From Vitrella brassicaformis CCMP3155 (lineage: Eukaryota > Protista > Chromerida): a stretch of DNA of 59,563 nt. Of this stretch, positions 25,194 through 36,122 are shown one piece after another (positions within the stretch are counted from its first letter, which is position 1; every line of letters starts with the position of its first letter). The position numbers and the translations under genes are program-made. The stretch lies in contig CDMY01000521.1 in assembly GCA_001179505.1 (NCBI GenBank), positions 1 through 59,563 of the forward strand. Reading direction: 5' to 3'. The notes beneath the pieces are model-generated. The model was not told the origin of the DNA and did not search any database. It saw nothing but the letters and a program-made list of their open reading frames with translations.

Positions 25194-25842
25194 TCAGGTG
25201 TTCCTGTCCCTGAACCGGCCCGCCCTCGGCACCGCAGCGATGACGCCCACCGTCCTTCCCGACGACGGGTTCTGGACCAGCCGGATGTCCCCTGCCTTGG
25301 GGTTGACCCCCGGAGGCGAGCCAGGCCGCTTAAGACGTACCGGCTTCTCCTCCCTCGGCGGCGCAGACACCCTCGCCCCCACCCCTGCCCCCGGCCCTGC
25401 TCCTCCCCCCGTGCGTGGCGCTGGCTTGCCCGTCACCGCCTCGTCATCGGCGCCGCTGCCGTTGTCGGGCACGAAGGTGCCATTGGTGCCGTTGTTCTCC
25501 TCGTCGTAGAATGGCGTCACACCGTCGTAGAAGGTGTAGTTGGCGTCAGCACCCCCGGGGCCGCCGCTGCCCGGCTGAGGCCCGCGACCGCCCGGCGGGC
25601 CGAAGGGGAGGGTGGGTGCCTTGTGTGTGCCGTTCTTGAGTTCCTCGATGTTGTCTGCCACCTTCTCGGCGGAAGAGGGCTTGTGGTCCTTGTCCTTGTC
25701 GTCGAGTCCGATGTTGGGCCAGTTGCGGTTGAGCGCGTCTTCCTTGTCGCCGATGGCGAGCTTCTCGGTGCGGAAGGCGCGGAAGAACTGGGGCATGATG
25801 GCGTTGTTCTTGACGGCACGCGAGCCCTCACCTCTGCCAGCT

Positions 25843-25873
<31 letters not shown>

Positions 25874-28029
25874 GGGGGGGGGGGAAANNNNNNNNNNNNN
25901 NNNNNNNNNNNNNNNNNNNNNNNNNNNNNNNNNNNNNNNNNNNNNNNNNNNNNNNNNNNNNNNNNNNNNNNNNNNNNNNNNNNNNNNNNNNNNNNNNNNN
26001 NNNNNNNNNNNNNNNNNNNNNNNNNNNNNNNNNNNNNNNNNNNNNNNNNNNNNNNNNNNNNNNNNNNNNNNNNNNNNNNNNNNNNNNNNNNNNNNNNNNN
26101 NNNNNNNNNNNNNNNNNNNNNNNNNNNNNNNNNNNNNNNNNNNNNNNNNNNNNNNNNNNNNNNNNNNNNNNNNNNNNNNNNNNNNNNGGGGGGGGCGGGG
26201 AACAGAGCATTTGAGCCATGTTGGTGCTTTCGCTGGATCACTGACTCCCTCGCGTACCTTGGCTTTGCGCGACTCGTTGTTTGTACTGGTAGGCCCTCTT
26301 CCTGAACATGTTGAGCTCCGACCCAGGCACCGGACGACACCGCAGGTCCATCACCTCACACCCTGTCCTTATACCCAGCCACCGCAGCCAAGGGTACCCC
26401 CACACCCTCTCGACCGACTCACCCTCTCCCTCCCTCTCACTCTGACCTTGACCCTCATCTCCACTCTCGGCTTTGGGTGGGTGGTTGGCGCCGATGCCCG
26501 CCCCCCGAAGGCTGCCTTGTCTCCTTGTGGCTGGGGGGCGGCTGGACGGGTGCACGTCGTTTGCCGGCGCCACGTGGGCGGTGCTGTTGGTAGGTGTGGG
26601 TGTGGGTGGGGGCGGTGCAGCCACTGTGACTGGAACTGTGTGTGCAGGGGTGGAGGGGAGGGGAGAGGGGGAGTGGGAGGGGAACAGCAGGATGTCGTGG
26701 TCAGCACTCTCGACATCGATACTCTCCAGCCATGTGAGTCGCCGTGTGCCGTCTGTGCCGTTGCCGTCATCACCATCGGCAGGCGGCTGTGTGGCCATCG
26801 CGGCCATGTCGTCCTCCAGGTCCTCGGCCTGGTCGAGCATGGACGCGATCCTCTCGTGGTGCATGTCCGCCCGGGCCAGGTTGGCCTCGTTGATGTCCCC
26901 CGCCTCCTCAATCTTGTTCGACACATGCGTCCAGTTGTTGACGCGCGGGAAGCCGGCGGGGGGGCTGTTGATGCGTGGCTCCGGGACGATGCGGTCGGTG
27001 AAGGCCGGCCGCTGCAGCAGCACGGGGTTGCCGGGGGTGTCCTCCCACCCCGGCCGCACCGGCCGCACTATGTTGGGCCGCTCGCGCCACGCAAGGGGGT
27101 CAGGTGTGGTGTCGCGCGGCGATTGACCTTGGTTGGGGTAGCACACAACAGACAAATGGACAAGACAGATAAGCAGACAGAGAGAATGTCGCGGATTTTC
27201 ATGTCAGCCTGTTCCACATTTCCCGTCGTCCCCCTCACTCACCTTGGTGTTGTCCGATCCGTGCCCTCCTCTCGACGTCATCCAGCCGCCAGTCTGGGAT
27301 GTCGTTGCGTATCCTCGGCCGGCAGTTGAGGTCCACGAGCCCGCGACACAGCTCGAAGGGCGTCGTCAGGTTGCGGTTGCACGGCGTGCACGGCCCCTTC
27401 AGCGAAGCGGCACCTGTCAATGTGCAGTTGGCCGCCGTGGTGTTGCCGCATATGCCGGCAGCACCCAGGGCACCCAGGGCGGCCTGCAGCATATCCACTG
27501 CTGCAGGCCCGTAGCTGGTCTTGTGCGGCAGACTCGCGAGCAGCGTCACGTGTGACGAATTAGACAGGGCGGGGGGCGGGAGGGTGATGGGGTCGGACGA
27601 CAATGACAAGGCAGGGATGCTGGTGGAGAGGGGGACGACGCTCACGGGCGGCCGGATCGGTGGCGCAATGGTCGTCCCTGACACTGATGCCGACGGCGGG
27701 GGGCGTGCTGTGGTGCCCGTGCCACTGGCACCCCCTCCCCCATCCTTCCTGCGTCTGGCGTGTGGTGGGTTGTCTGCGGCGATCATGTTGGCGAGACTGA
27801 AGAGCAGCAGAGTGGCGGCGACGAGCAGCAGTGGTGTCAGCAGCTTGACGCGCAAAGCCCATTTGACAGGGGCAGCATATGGGCGCAAAGCAAGGGGCAG
27901 TTGAGGAAGAGACGAGGGCGACGAGGGCAGGTGCTGGCAGGGGAGGCAATGACGACACTGCTGAGAGGGCCAGCCGTCGGACCTCACTGTGTTGTGCGGC
28001 TCCACTGCCCCTGCTGGCCGTGGTGGCAT
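25194..28029 (-). CDS. Hypothetical membrane-anchored or secreted Pro-rich protein (three exons, one intron spans a gap)
   Basis: ORFs 27235-28029, 26238-27155 and 25194-about 25840 can be joined by GT-AG introns. It has a hydrophobic helix LLTPLLLVAATLLLFSLANMIAA, a Cys cluster and several N-x-S/T sequons. Confidence 0.6.
25888..26187. other. Assembly gap (300 N)
   Basis: Run of N flanked by poly-G. Confidence 0.99.
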
Positions 28030-28892
28030 ATAGCCTCAACTCTCATGCCAGATCTGATACAGCAGCACCCACCTCGTCTCTCCAACGCGGAAGGGCAGCT
28101 CAGGCGGCAGAGGGCAGGCAGGCAGACGGCGACTGAAGAGGGAGGGACGAAAGGGCGGGAAAACCGCGGGTGAGCGGCGGCCGAGGTTGCTGCGTCGTGG
28201 GAAGGCCTCTCACATGCTCCGCCTGCCGTGACAAGGGGGCTCTAACGGCCACAGCCTCGAAAAGGTCCCAGTATTTCCTCCCCTGCTCTTATCTTCTCCA
28301 GATCTCCACACGCAGATGATGCAGCAGCCGCAGATGGGAAGGGGGAAAGAGGGAAAATGAGGAAAGGAACTCTTCGGCTGCAGCTGCAAGCTTAGAATTG
28401 CGAAGGGGCCGCAGGCTTCCTGTGCTGGCCTGTGCTGATGCAGGCACGATCACCCGTTGCGAGTCGCATTTGCAATGAGAATCATTCCATCCATCATGCA
28501 CTGGGTCACACAGCTATGCAGCAGCTTTCGCGTGCACATGATGATTGAATCGTCCACAGAGATAGACAGATTCGCACACACACACACACACACACTCCCT
28601 CTCTCTAGCTACAGCTCCGCAGCAGATCGGCACACGATAGAAAACTCACGCCCGCAGCGCCATCCATCATAATGCACCACCAGGCTGCATGAAAACAAAG
28701 GGCTCAACGCCAGCACATGACGTCGACAAATCAACCAATCCATCCATCCATCCATCCATCCATCCCGGCCTTGTTCACACACACATGGCGCCGATCCATC
28801 CACCCGTCCACGCGCTCTTCTCTCGTGCACAGGCAGAAAGGCGCGGGCATGGGTGTGATGGGTGGACACACGGCATGTCTGTCTGAAGGAGA

Positions 28893-29445
28893 AAGACACA
28901 CAAGAGAGGCTGCTAATACGAGGATGAACGGGCTCACACGCAACGCAATCAGCACCTGTACAGGACACACCACTCATGAGCACCACATAGCCACATGGCG
29001 CACAAGCAGCTAGCAGTTCCTCTACTCATTCACATGCATCACTGTCTCAAATGCTGACGGCTTCCGGTAAGCACACCAGCACTTGGAGCAGTGGTGGAAG
29101 TAACACTATAGATACACAGAGACCACGACGACAGCTCGACATTCACAGCATCGCTTCCAATTAGAGTAAGTGCGCCAATTGACCTCTCAAAAGGCAAGCT
29201 AGTTCACACGGCAACACACGCACACGGCGCCAAGAGAGCCGGTCAGACGGAGCAGTGCACGCAGCGCAGTATATATTCGATCGTGCGCTGCTGCCTTAGT
29301 ACTTACACGAGGCCACACACACAGACTTTACATAAAAAGTGTCCGCACACAGCAGCGAAAAAAGACACACAAGAGAGGCTGCTAACACGAGGATGGACGA
29401 GCCCACACGCAACGCAATCAGCACCTGTACAGGACACACCACTCG
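28893..29445 (+). repeat. Direct repeat pair of about 85 bp (about 28893-28978 and about 29362-29445)
   Basis: Both copies contain agacacacaagagaggctgctaa..acgaggatg..cacacgcaacgcaatcagcacctgtacaggacacaccactc. Confidence 0.9.
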
Positions 29446-29552
29446 ATCACAAGCAAAGAAAACAACTAACTCCCGCGATGCGATGCGATGTTGGTCAGTC
29501 AGCCAATATGGTCTCACTCACTCACCTGCTGTCTGCGCCTCCCGACATTACT

Positions 29553-30011
29553 CACTCAGTCCTCATCCTTCTTTCTCTTCTTGGTAATGTCGTTGGCGGG
29601 CTTCTCCCTCTGGTGTGAAGGCATGTCGGATTCAGGAGGAACACCTAGACAGACGACAGACACAGCGCGGCGGTCTGCGGCGTCTGTGTGTGTGCTCCCC
29701 ATCTGTGCACGTTCACCCACCGATCAGCAGCAACCTCGGGAGCCTCTCTTTAAGCTGCTCATCCGTCATTCTCGGGACAGACCTGCCAGGGATGACACGG
29801 CCGCGGGGGCTTAATGACTCGAGCGCCTCCAGCATCTGACACACACAGAGAGATGACGTGCGTCTGTGTGCCTTGCTGTCTTGTGTGTTTTGTGTGTGTG
29901 TGCCTGTCGACGATGTGGATCCTTCTCATCTGGCCAGAGCCTTTGGACAGTCTCGGGAAGCTTCTCCATGGCTTCCAGAAGCTTCTCGTCCTTTATCCCA
30001 ATCGTGCCCAT
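29553..30011 (-). CDS. Small hypothetical multi-exon protein; 5' end uncertain
   Basis: MGTIGIKDEKLLEAMEKLPETVQRLWPDEKDPHRRQ|MLEALESLSPRGRV...RLLLI|GVPPESD...KKRKKDED-stop splices in frame only if intron 29836-29903 uses a GC donor. Confidence 0.4.
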
Positions 30012-30775
30012 CTTCGCGCAAGGGAGGTTTCCTTCCTCCTCCTCTGCGAGTCAGATCTACTGAGCTTGGAGATCCGCTCGGCCTTGCATTCTGCGTGTGC
30101 CTGTGTGCCTGTTTGGTAAGGAAGGTTGCGCCTGGCTTGCAGGGAGTTCGCTCGTCAAACCCTTGACGGACCGTCGCTGAGAATGCAATGACAATCATTC
30201 CATCTCGCATCGGTCACATGTGCTTCTAACACTCATCAATCAATTCCATCAGTGAGTCAAGTCATACAGACAGCTATGTGTCGCCGTGCTTCTTGCGTGC
30301 GCCCGTCGACTGCCGTCCTGGTCGACGGGCGCACGCAAGAAGCACGGCGACATATGCATGCAGCAGAATTCGCGTGCAGTGCGATGCATAGGCGGCCGGA
30401 TGTCTGTATGTATAGCTAGCTAAGACAGCTGCAGCTCGGCAGCAGATCGGCACACACACGATAGAAACAAATAAACTCACACCCGCAGCGCCATCCATCC
30501 ATCATGATGCACCGCTGCACCAGCTGGCAGAAAAGGAAACGGCTCAACCCCGACACATCACGTCGACAAATCACTCGATCCATCCATTCCGGGCTTTTTC
30601 ACACACAGATGACGCCGATCCATCCACCCGTCCACGCGCTTCTCCGTCGTGCACAGGCAGAAAATCACGTGGATGGGTGGACGCACGCAATGTCTGCCTG
30701 AACAAAGCTGGGGAGATGCGATAGACTGAGGTGTTGCGATGAAGGCTGGCTGGGTGGGGAAGAAAGATAGGCCAG

Positions 30776-32514
30776 TCATGGGAGGATGACGCTATCGTCC
30801 TCGAGGTCCTCCTCGTGCATCAGCTGCTTGTAGTAGTACTGGGTCTTCCGGCACTTGTCGTCATAGCTCATCTGACACGACCAGATGAGTGTGTGTGCGG
30901 CATGTTTGTGTGTGTCTGTCTGTCTGTCTGTCTCGCTCACACGTAGTGTGTGTACCTTGAGGACGTAGTCCTCGCGAAGGTTGTTGCCGAAGTCGAAGGT
31001 CAGCTGGAGGACGGCGGGCCTCTTGCCGTCCAGGGTGTGGTGGCTCGTCTTCAACCGATACACACGATTCTCACGGTCAACCTTCACACACACACACACA
31101 AACACAGACACACACACACACACACACGTGTCCACCCGTCCATTCATCCGTTTGTTTCATCGACGTGTGGGTCGATGGCGCCCACCTTGAGTGAGAGCAG
31201 CCGGGTGCCTCTGACGCCTGACACACTATCTTTCGTTCTGGTGGGCCGCACAGCGACCACCAGAGAGTCTCGTCTGAACTCCTGCTCCATCGACGCCGCC
31301 GTGGGCGCATCACGGGGCTGAGAGAAACACAAGACACACACACGCAGACTCCTGGCGACACACGCACACGCCCCTCCATCCCACCCACCTCGTCATTGAC
31401 CCATCGGCTGGAGTAGGAGGGCTCCTTGGTCCCCAGGGAGATGGTGCATGTCGGCAGATTCTGCGGCCCCCTGCCGTCGAGGACGTCAATGCGGATGGCG
31501 AAGGAGGGCTTGTCGTAGATGGCCAGGCAGACGGCAAACTTGTCGACGCCCTGCGCGAAGAAGAGCTTCGAGTCGCTCGGACTCCACTTGACGTTGGTGC
31601 TCAGATACACTATGCTGCAATGCAACCCCATACAACACACACACACACACGAAGGAAGAGAAACAAGAGTGAAACAAGCAGCCATTTGGAAGTGATGAAG
31701 TGTCCGACTGCCCGTCCCCGCCCATCCATCCATCCATCCATCCACTGCCACTGACCGCAGTGGAAACTGTCCGGCCTTGCAGTCGTATCGCGGTATGTTC
31801 ATCTGACGGGCACACACAACAATTGAGTCCGTCGAGGAAGGCCTGCCACCCTGCCTGCCTGCACGTCTGCAGGCACTGCCTGCTTACTAGGTCGAGGAAC
31901 CCTGCAGAGAACCACACACACAGATAGATGGCCCACAGGCAGGCTCTGGTCTGGTCTGGTCTGGTCTGGCCTGGTGTTGTGTCCCCCTCCCTCCCTCCCT
32001 CCCTCCCACCTAGTTACCGTTGAATTCCTCCCGCATGTCTACCGGCACGTCATAGGTGCGGACGCCGCGCTTGGCCTCCTCACTGCCCTCCGGCAGCGTG
32101 GCCTGGCGCTGCAGCTTCGGGTACAGCAGCTCGAAACACTACATATGCTCGCAAACAGACATCCATCCATCCATCGGTGTATGTCCTCGTGTGCGTGTGT
32201 GGTGTGATTCTATGCATGGATCTGTGGCGCATCGCATACCTACCATTGGGTTATAGTCTAAGAAGGGATGCCCGTCTGCATTGCACTTGACGAGAGAGTC
32301 ATTCCGCCCGCTGAACATCAGCCCTGGCAGCGAATCTACCAGGCGACACACACGAACCGGCGCATGAGATCCATCACTGTGGAACGTCTTCTCTCCCTCT
32401 CCTCTCCTCTGCTGGCCGCTGACCTGGGAATGCTGTGAGCACCCGACGCGTGCACTCGAACACCTTTCCACCGACGCACACACAAATCACATCGCAAGGG
32501 CTTGGATCCGCCAT
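30776..32514 (-). CDS. BTB/POZ (KCTD/T1-type) domain protein
   Basis: The spliced N-terminus CVGGKVFECTRRVLTAFP|DSLPGLMFSGRNDSLVKCNADGHPFLDYNP matches the T1/KCTD consensus VGG..F.T.R.TL...P.S.L..MFSG....D.DG..F.D..P. Further exons lead to the stop at 30776. Confidence 0.75.
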
Positions 32515-32620
32515 CAGAGCAAAACAAGGCTGGAGTGACTCCGCACGTCCAGCATCGGTTTCAGGGAGCACCCTGCACCACCAAACATAGGGTGGTCAGC
32601 AGCAGCTAATCCAATCGTTA

Positions 32621-33329
32621 ATGGCGAAGAAAGAGGCGCTCCAAAGGCTGCGGTGGCTTGTCCAAGAGAAACGGGCAGCATCCGAGAAGCAGGCAGCATC
32701 CGAGAAGATCCTGCCTACAGCATTCCCTCTCGACGATGAATCGGGCCACCAGGATGAAAGGGATGCTGATGCGGACGCAGATGCTCATGACGAGGATGCC
32801 ACCGACGCAAGGGAGGGTGAGCAACAGCCCAAGACGATAGGTGTCACTGACGGCCGCCAAGCTCAGCCTGGTGACAGCGGTGCCAATCGTCGATACTTTT
32901 GGCAAGGTGAGAGAGGGAGGCGCGGGGCAGAGAGAGGGAGAGAACGGCATCCTGTCATCCAGCTTGATTGTTTGTTCAGACAAGGCGGCTCAGGTTGCTT
33001 TGAGGGAGATGAAATGGAAGAAGCAACAAACTATCCGGGACCAGACAAGAGACGTCACTTACGAGTAGGCAAGCATACCCAGTTACCCACCTGGTCACCG
33101 CTCAGTCAGGCGCGGCTCTGCATTCGCATCAGTGGTCTCTCTCTCTCTCTCTCTGCCCCGTGTGTGTGGTTACATCAGCGCGACTGGAGCGATTGTGGCC
33201 TGTGACTCTGAGAGGCAAGGCGAGCATGCCCGGCAGGCCATATTCAAGGCTAAGAGGTCCTTCAGAAGGTCACAGAGAGGGCAGCCCCGTGTGTCGGTGA
33301 CAGTGTTTGATCGGAAACGGAAGAAATGA
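32621..33329 (+). CDS. Hypothetical acidic/basic low-complexity protein (probably two exons)
   Basis: ORF 32621-33205 (D/E-rich) and a second exon ending FKAKRSFRRSQRG...FDRKRKK-stop at 33329. Confidence 0.45.
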
Positions 33330-33803
33330 GTTAGTTTGCCCAGGGAAGAAGACCGGGATGGGTTGTCGGTGGTTTGATGGGATGCTGCTTTGGTGTGTGG
33401 CTGGAAGGGGGCGTGCAGCGGGGAGGATGGGAGGCAGCAGGGAGGGAGGCACAAATCGGTCCGATTCGTGCATCCCATCGAGGAGCTTTTCAATGACATG
33501 CACAAAGTGATAATGCATCGACATGCAGACACATGATGGTCTCTCCACATACACCGCACACGCAACCACACCACAGCCCCACGTCGATCAGAGGACCAGC
33601 CCTCAGCCACGGACAAATAGCAACGAATGACACTGCGACACGAGACGGCAAAAAGCTTAGTACATCACCCAGTGTAATGTCTCATTGCCAAATGTCTATC
33701 TGTCGGTCAGCCTCATTCCCTGTTTCTTTCTTTCTTTCTTCCTTCCTTTCTTTCTCCCTCCCTCCCCTGTCTGTTCATGATATCGGTCTCACTGCTTGTT
33801 CGT

Positions 33804-35700
33804 TCACTGGCTGACGTCCTTCCTGCTCGCCTCCTTGACGAGTGTCGCCTTGGCGTCATCCACCAAGTTCTGCATCGGGCATATCTGCGACTGCTCGTAC
33901 ACCTCCATTATGTCCCCAGGGCGGCCCGCCCCGGGATAGGCATTGTCTTCACTCGCCACACTCTCGATTCGCACGTGCTGGTCCTGGCTGCGGGCATACC
34001 AACGTGACAAAGAGAGAGGGACACACAGAGAGAGACAGACCGTGATGGGTAGTGTCTCATTATTGGGTGGCGCCGTACCTGTAGAGGCGGTATATCAGCT
34101 CAAACCCACATTTGCCGAGCTCGGACTTGGCGCACCAGGCCTGGACGTACTCGCACTGGCTGGGGCTGCACATGCCCTCCACCCCCAGCACCTTCTGCCG
34201 CACCCCCACCGCCCACTTCATCTTCTCACCCTGCTTCTTGGGCGGCTCATTGCCCATCCACTGCTCGCACACACACGTGCTCTGCTCCAGCTCGTCGGCA
34301 AAGGACACGCTCATGGGTGTGAGGTAGATGGCCGACCACACCAGCTGCACCTTGTAGACCTGCCCGAGGCCAGAGGGGTCAGCCGTGCTCTCGACGATGC
34401 TGAACTCGCCCTCCAATTCTTGCACTAGCAAGGGAACAGGAGGCAGGCAGGGAAGGAGGAAGCGTGGCTTGTGTGTTTGCTTCGTCGCGTTGCTGTGGCA
34501 TGCCATACTCGTACCGCTGTCGAATGCGTTGGCGTCAAAGCACGTCTTGGCATCCGTGCTCTGGAACGATCGGTCATACATATAGAACTGCCCAAAGCCA
34601 CCAGCCATCACCCGCGGACCAAACAACACCTTGGTCTGCCGGTAGGTCAGCGCCCCCACAGGATTGCTGCCCACCGGGGAGCACGCCTTCTCCCACACGC
34701 CACACAAGGCGTCAGGGCTGTCGGGCACCATCAACCTGGCCCTGCCATACTCCCACACCTGTCTCATCTCTGGCTATGCGGGCGTCTCCGATCCGTCGGC
34801 GCAGCACACACACAAGTCGGCTTGGAGGCCGGGTGGAGGGGGTGGGAGCGGGGGAGACGCTTGTGGTTGTACTTGTGGTGGCGGCTGCTGAGGGCTGAAC
34901 GCAGGGGGCGGCTGGGCAGGAGTATTCACCATCGGCTGATATGGCATTGCGGGAGGGGCACCCATGGCATTCATCGGCTGAGCATTAGCAGGGCCGAGGG
35001 GCTGAGCAGCCATGAGAGCACCACCCATCTGCTGCTGAGGAGGCGGGGGCCATTGCGCAGTGGTCATCTGTGGCGCCATTGGCTGTGGCTGCTGGTTGAC
35101 CGGCTGACCGTGAGACAGCTGCGCCATCGCCGGCATAAACTTCACTCTCCATGCACTCTTCAATCGCTGGATAGCCTCCAGGCCGAATCTCCTCTCGGCC
35201 TCTCGCCCCGCATACCGCGGCAGGCCTCTGCGCGACTCAGGCAATCGCTTCGAGACGTCAATCCCCACCACAAAGAACGCAAAGTGGCTCTCGACACGAG
35301 TCGGGCCGTCGCACGGGGGATCGGCCCCTCTCGTCCTCGGCGCCAGAAAATCGCCCTCCCCATCATTGCATGGCCGAGTTGTCAGTATCCGATTGGAGAT
35401 GACAGGCATGGTCTGCATGTCTTGTCTTGCTGAAGGGTTTGAGGGCGGAATGGGGAAGAAGGGTCGCGAATCGGGATCGAATAAGGATGCGAGGATGTTG
35501 ATGATGAGCACGCCAGCCACGAACACGCCCCAGTAGACGGGGAGGGGTCGGAGGGGAGGCATGTCCATCCTTGCCGCTGCTGATGTGGCTGAAGGTGCAG
35601 TGGCTGAAGGTGCAGGTCTGTTGTTGTCGTCGTCCTTTGAGGATGAAACGGTCGGTGAGTCAGATTTGGGTGAATGCTGTCGACATCGGTGACGCTGCAT
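33804..35700 (-). CDS. Hypothetical protein with an N-terminal hydrophobic helix, a P/Q/M-rich linker and a Cys-rich C-terminal region
   Basis: ORFs 34774-35700, 34060-34767 and 33804-34010 are collinear. The first two share a frame and are separated by a TAG lying in a plausible 99-nt intron (34774-34872). Confidence 0.6.
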
Positions 35701-36122
35701 AGCCTCAGATTACCACCACGGCACCGGCAATGGCTCGTGTACGGGGATAGGACGGGCAGACGGACGGCGACAGAATAGGGATTCGCTCTCAGGCTGAGTG
35801 CCGAAAGGGATGTGTTGATACGAAGGGGTGAAGTGAAACGGGATGCACACAACTGCACAACATGGCAGACACAGCCGCGAAGGTACAGCAGCGAGATGAG
35901 TTAGAATGAGTTCTTGTTGTCAAGCACCGTCACGGTGTTACAGACAGACAAGTCATCCTATGCTCTCTCACCTGCTGGACAGCGCGATGAGAAGGACGTC
36001 CTCGAACGCGTCAATGGCAAACGGCTGCTGCGAGCTCAAAAGGAAGACGGGGGGCGGCTCGCAAACGAGCGCCGGCCCGTCTGTGTGTGTGATTTGTGTG
36101 CATCAGAGTCTGAGATTTGAAG

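Larger units (their letters stand above)
28610..30700 (+). repeat. Degenerate direct repeat pair of about 280 bp (about 28610-28890 and about 30430-30700)
   Basis: Shared blocks gcagcagatcggcacac, cccgcagcgccatccatc, acgtcgacaaatca, gccgatccatccacccgtccacgcgc and tcgtgcacaggcagaaa occur in the same order in both copies. Confidence 0.85.

Noticed and set aside
7770-26187. Five N runs and the ORFs that read through them
   Set aside because: All are exactly 300 nt and most abut G/C-rich runs, so they are placeholder gaps. Their true length and content are unknown.
26211-27329. 372-aa plus-strand ORF
   Set aside because: It is an antisense shadow of the minus-strand exon 26238-27155.
34471-35433. 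320-aa plus-strand ORF
   Set aside because: It is an antisense shadow of the minus-strand gene 33804-35700.
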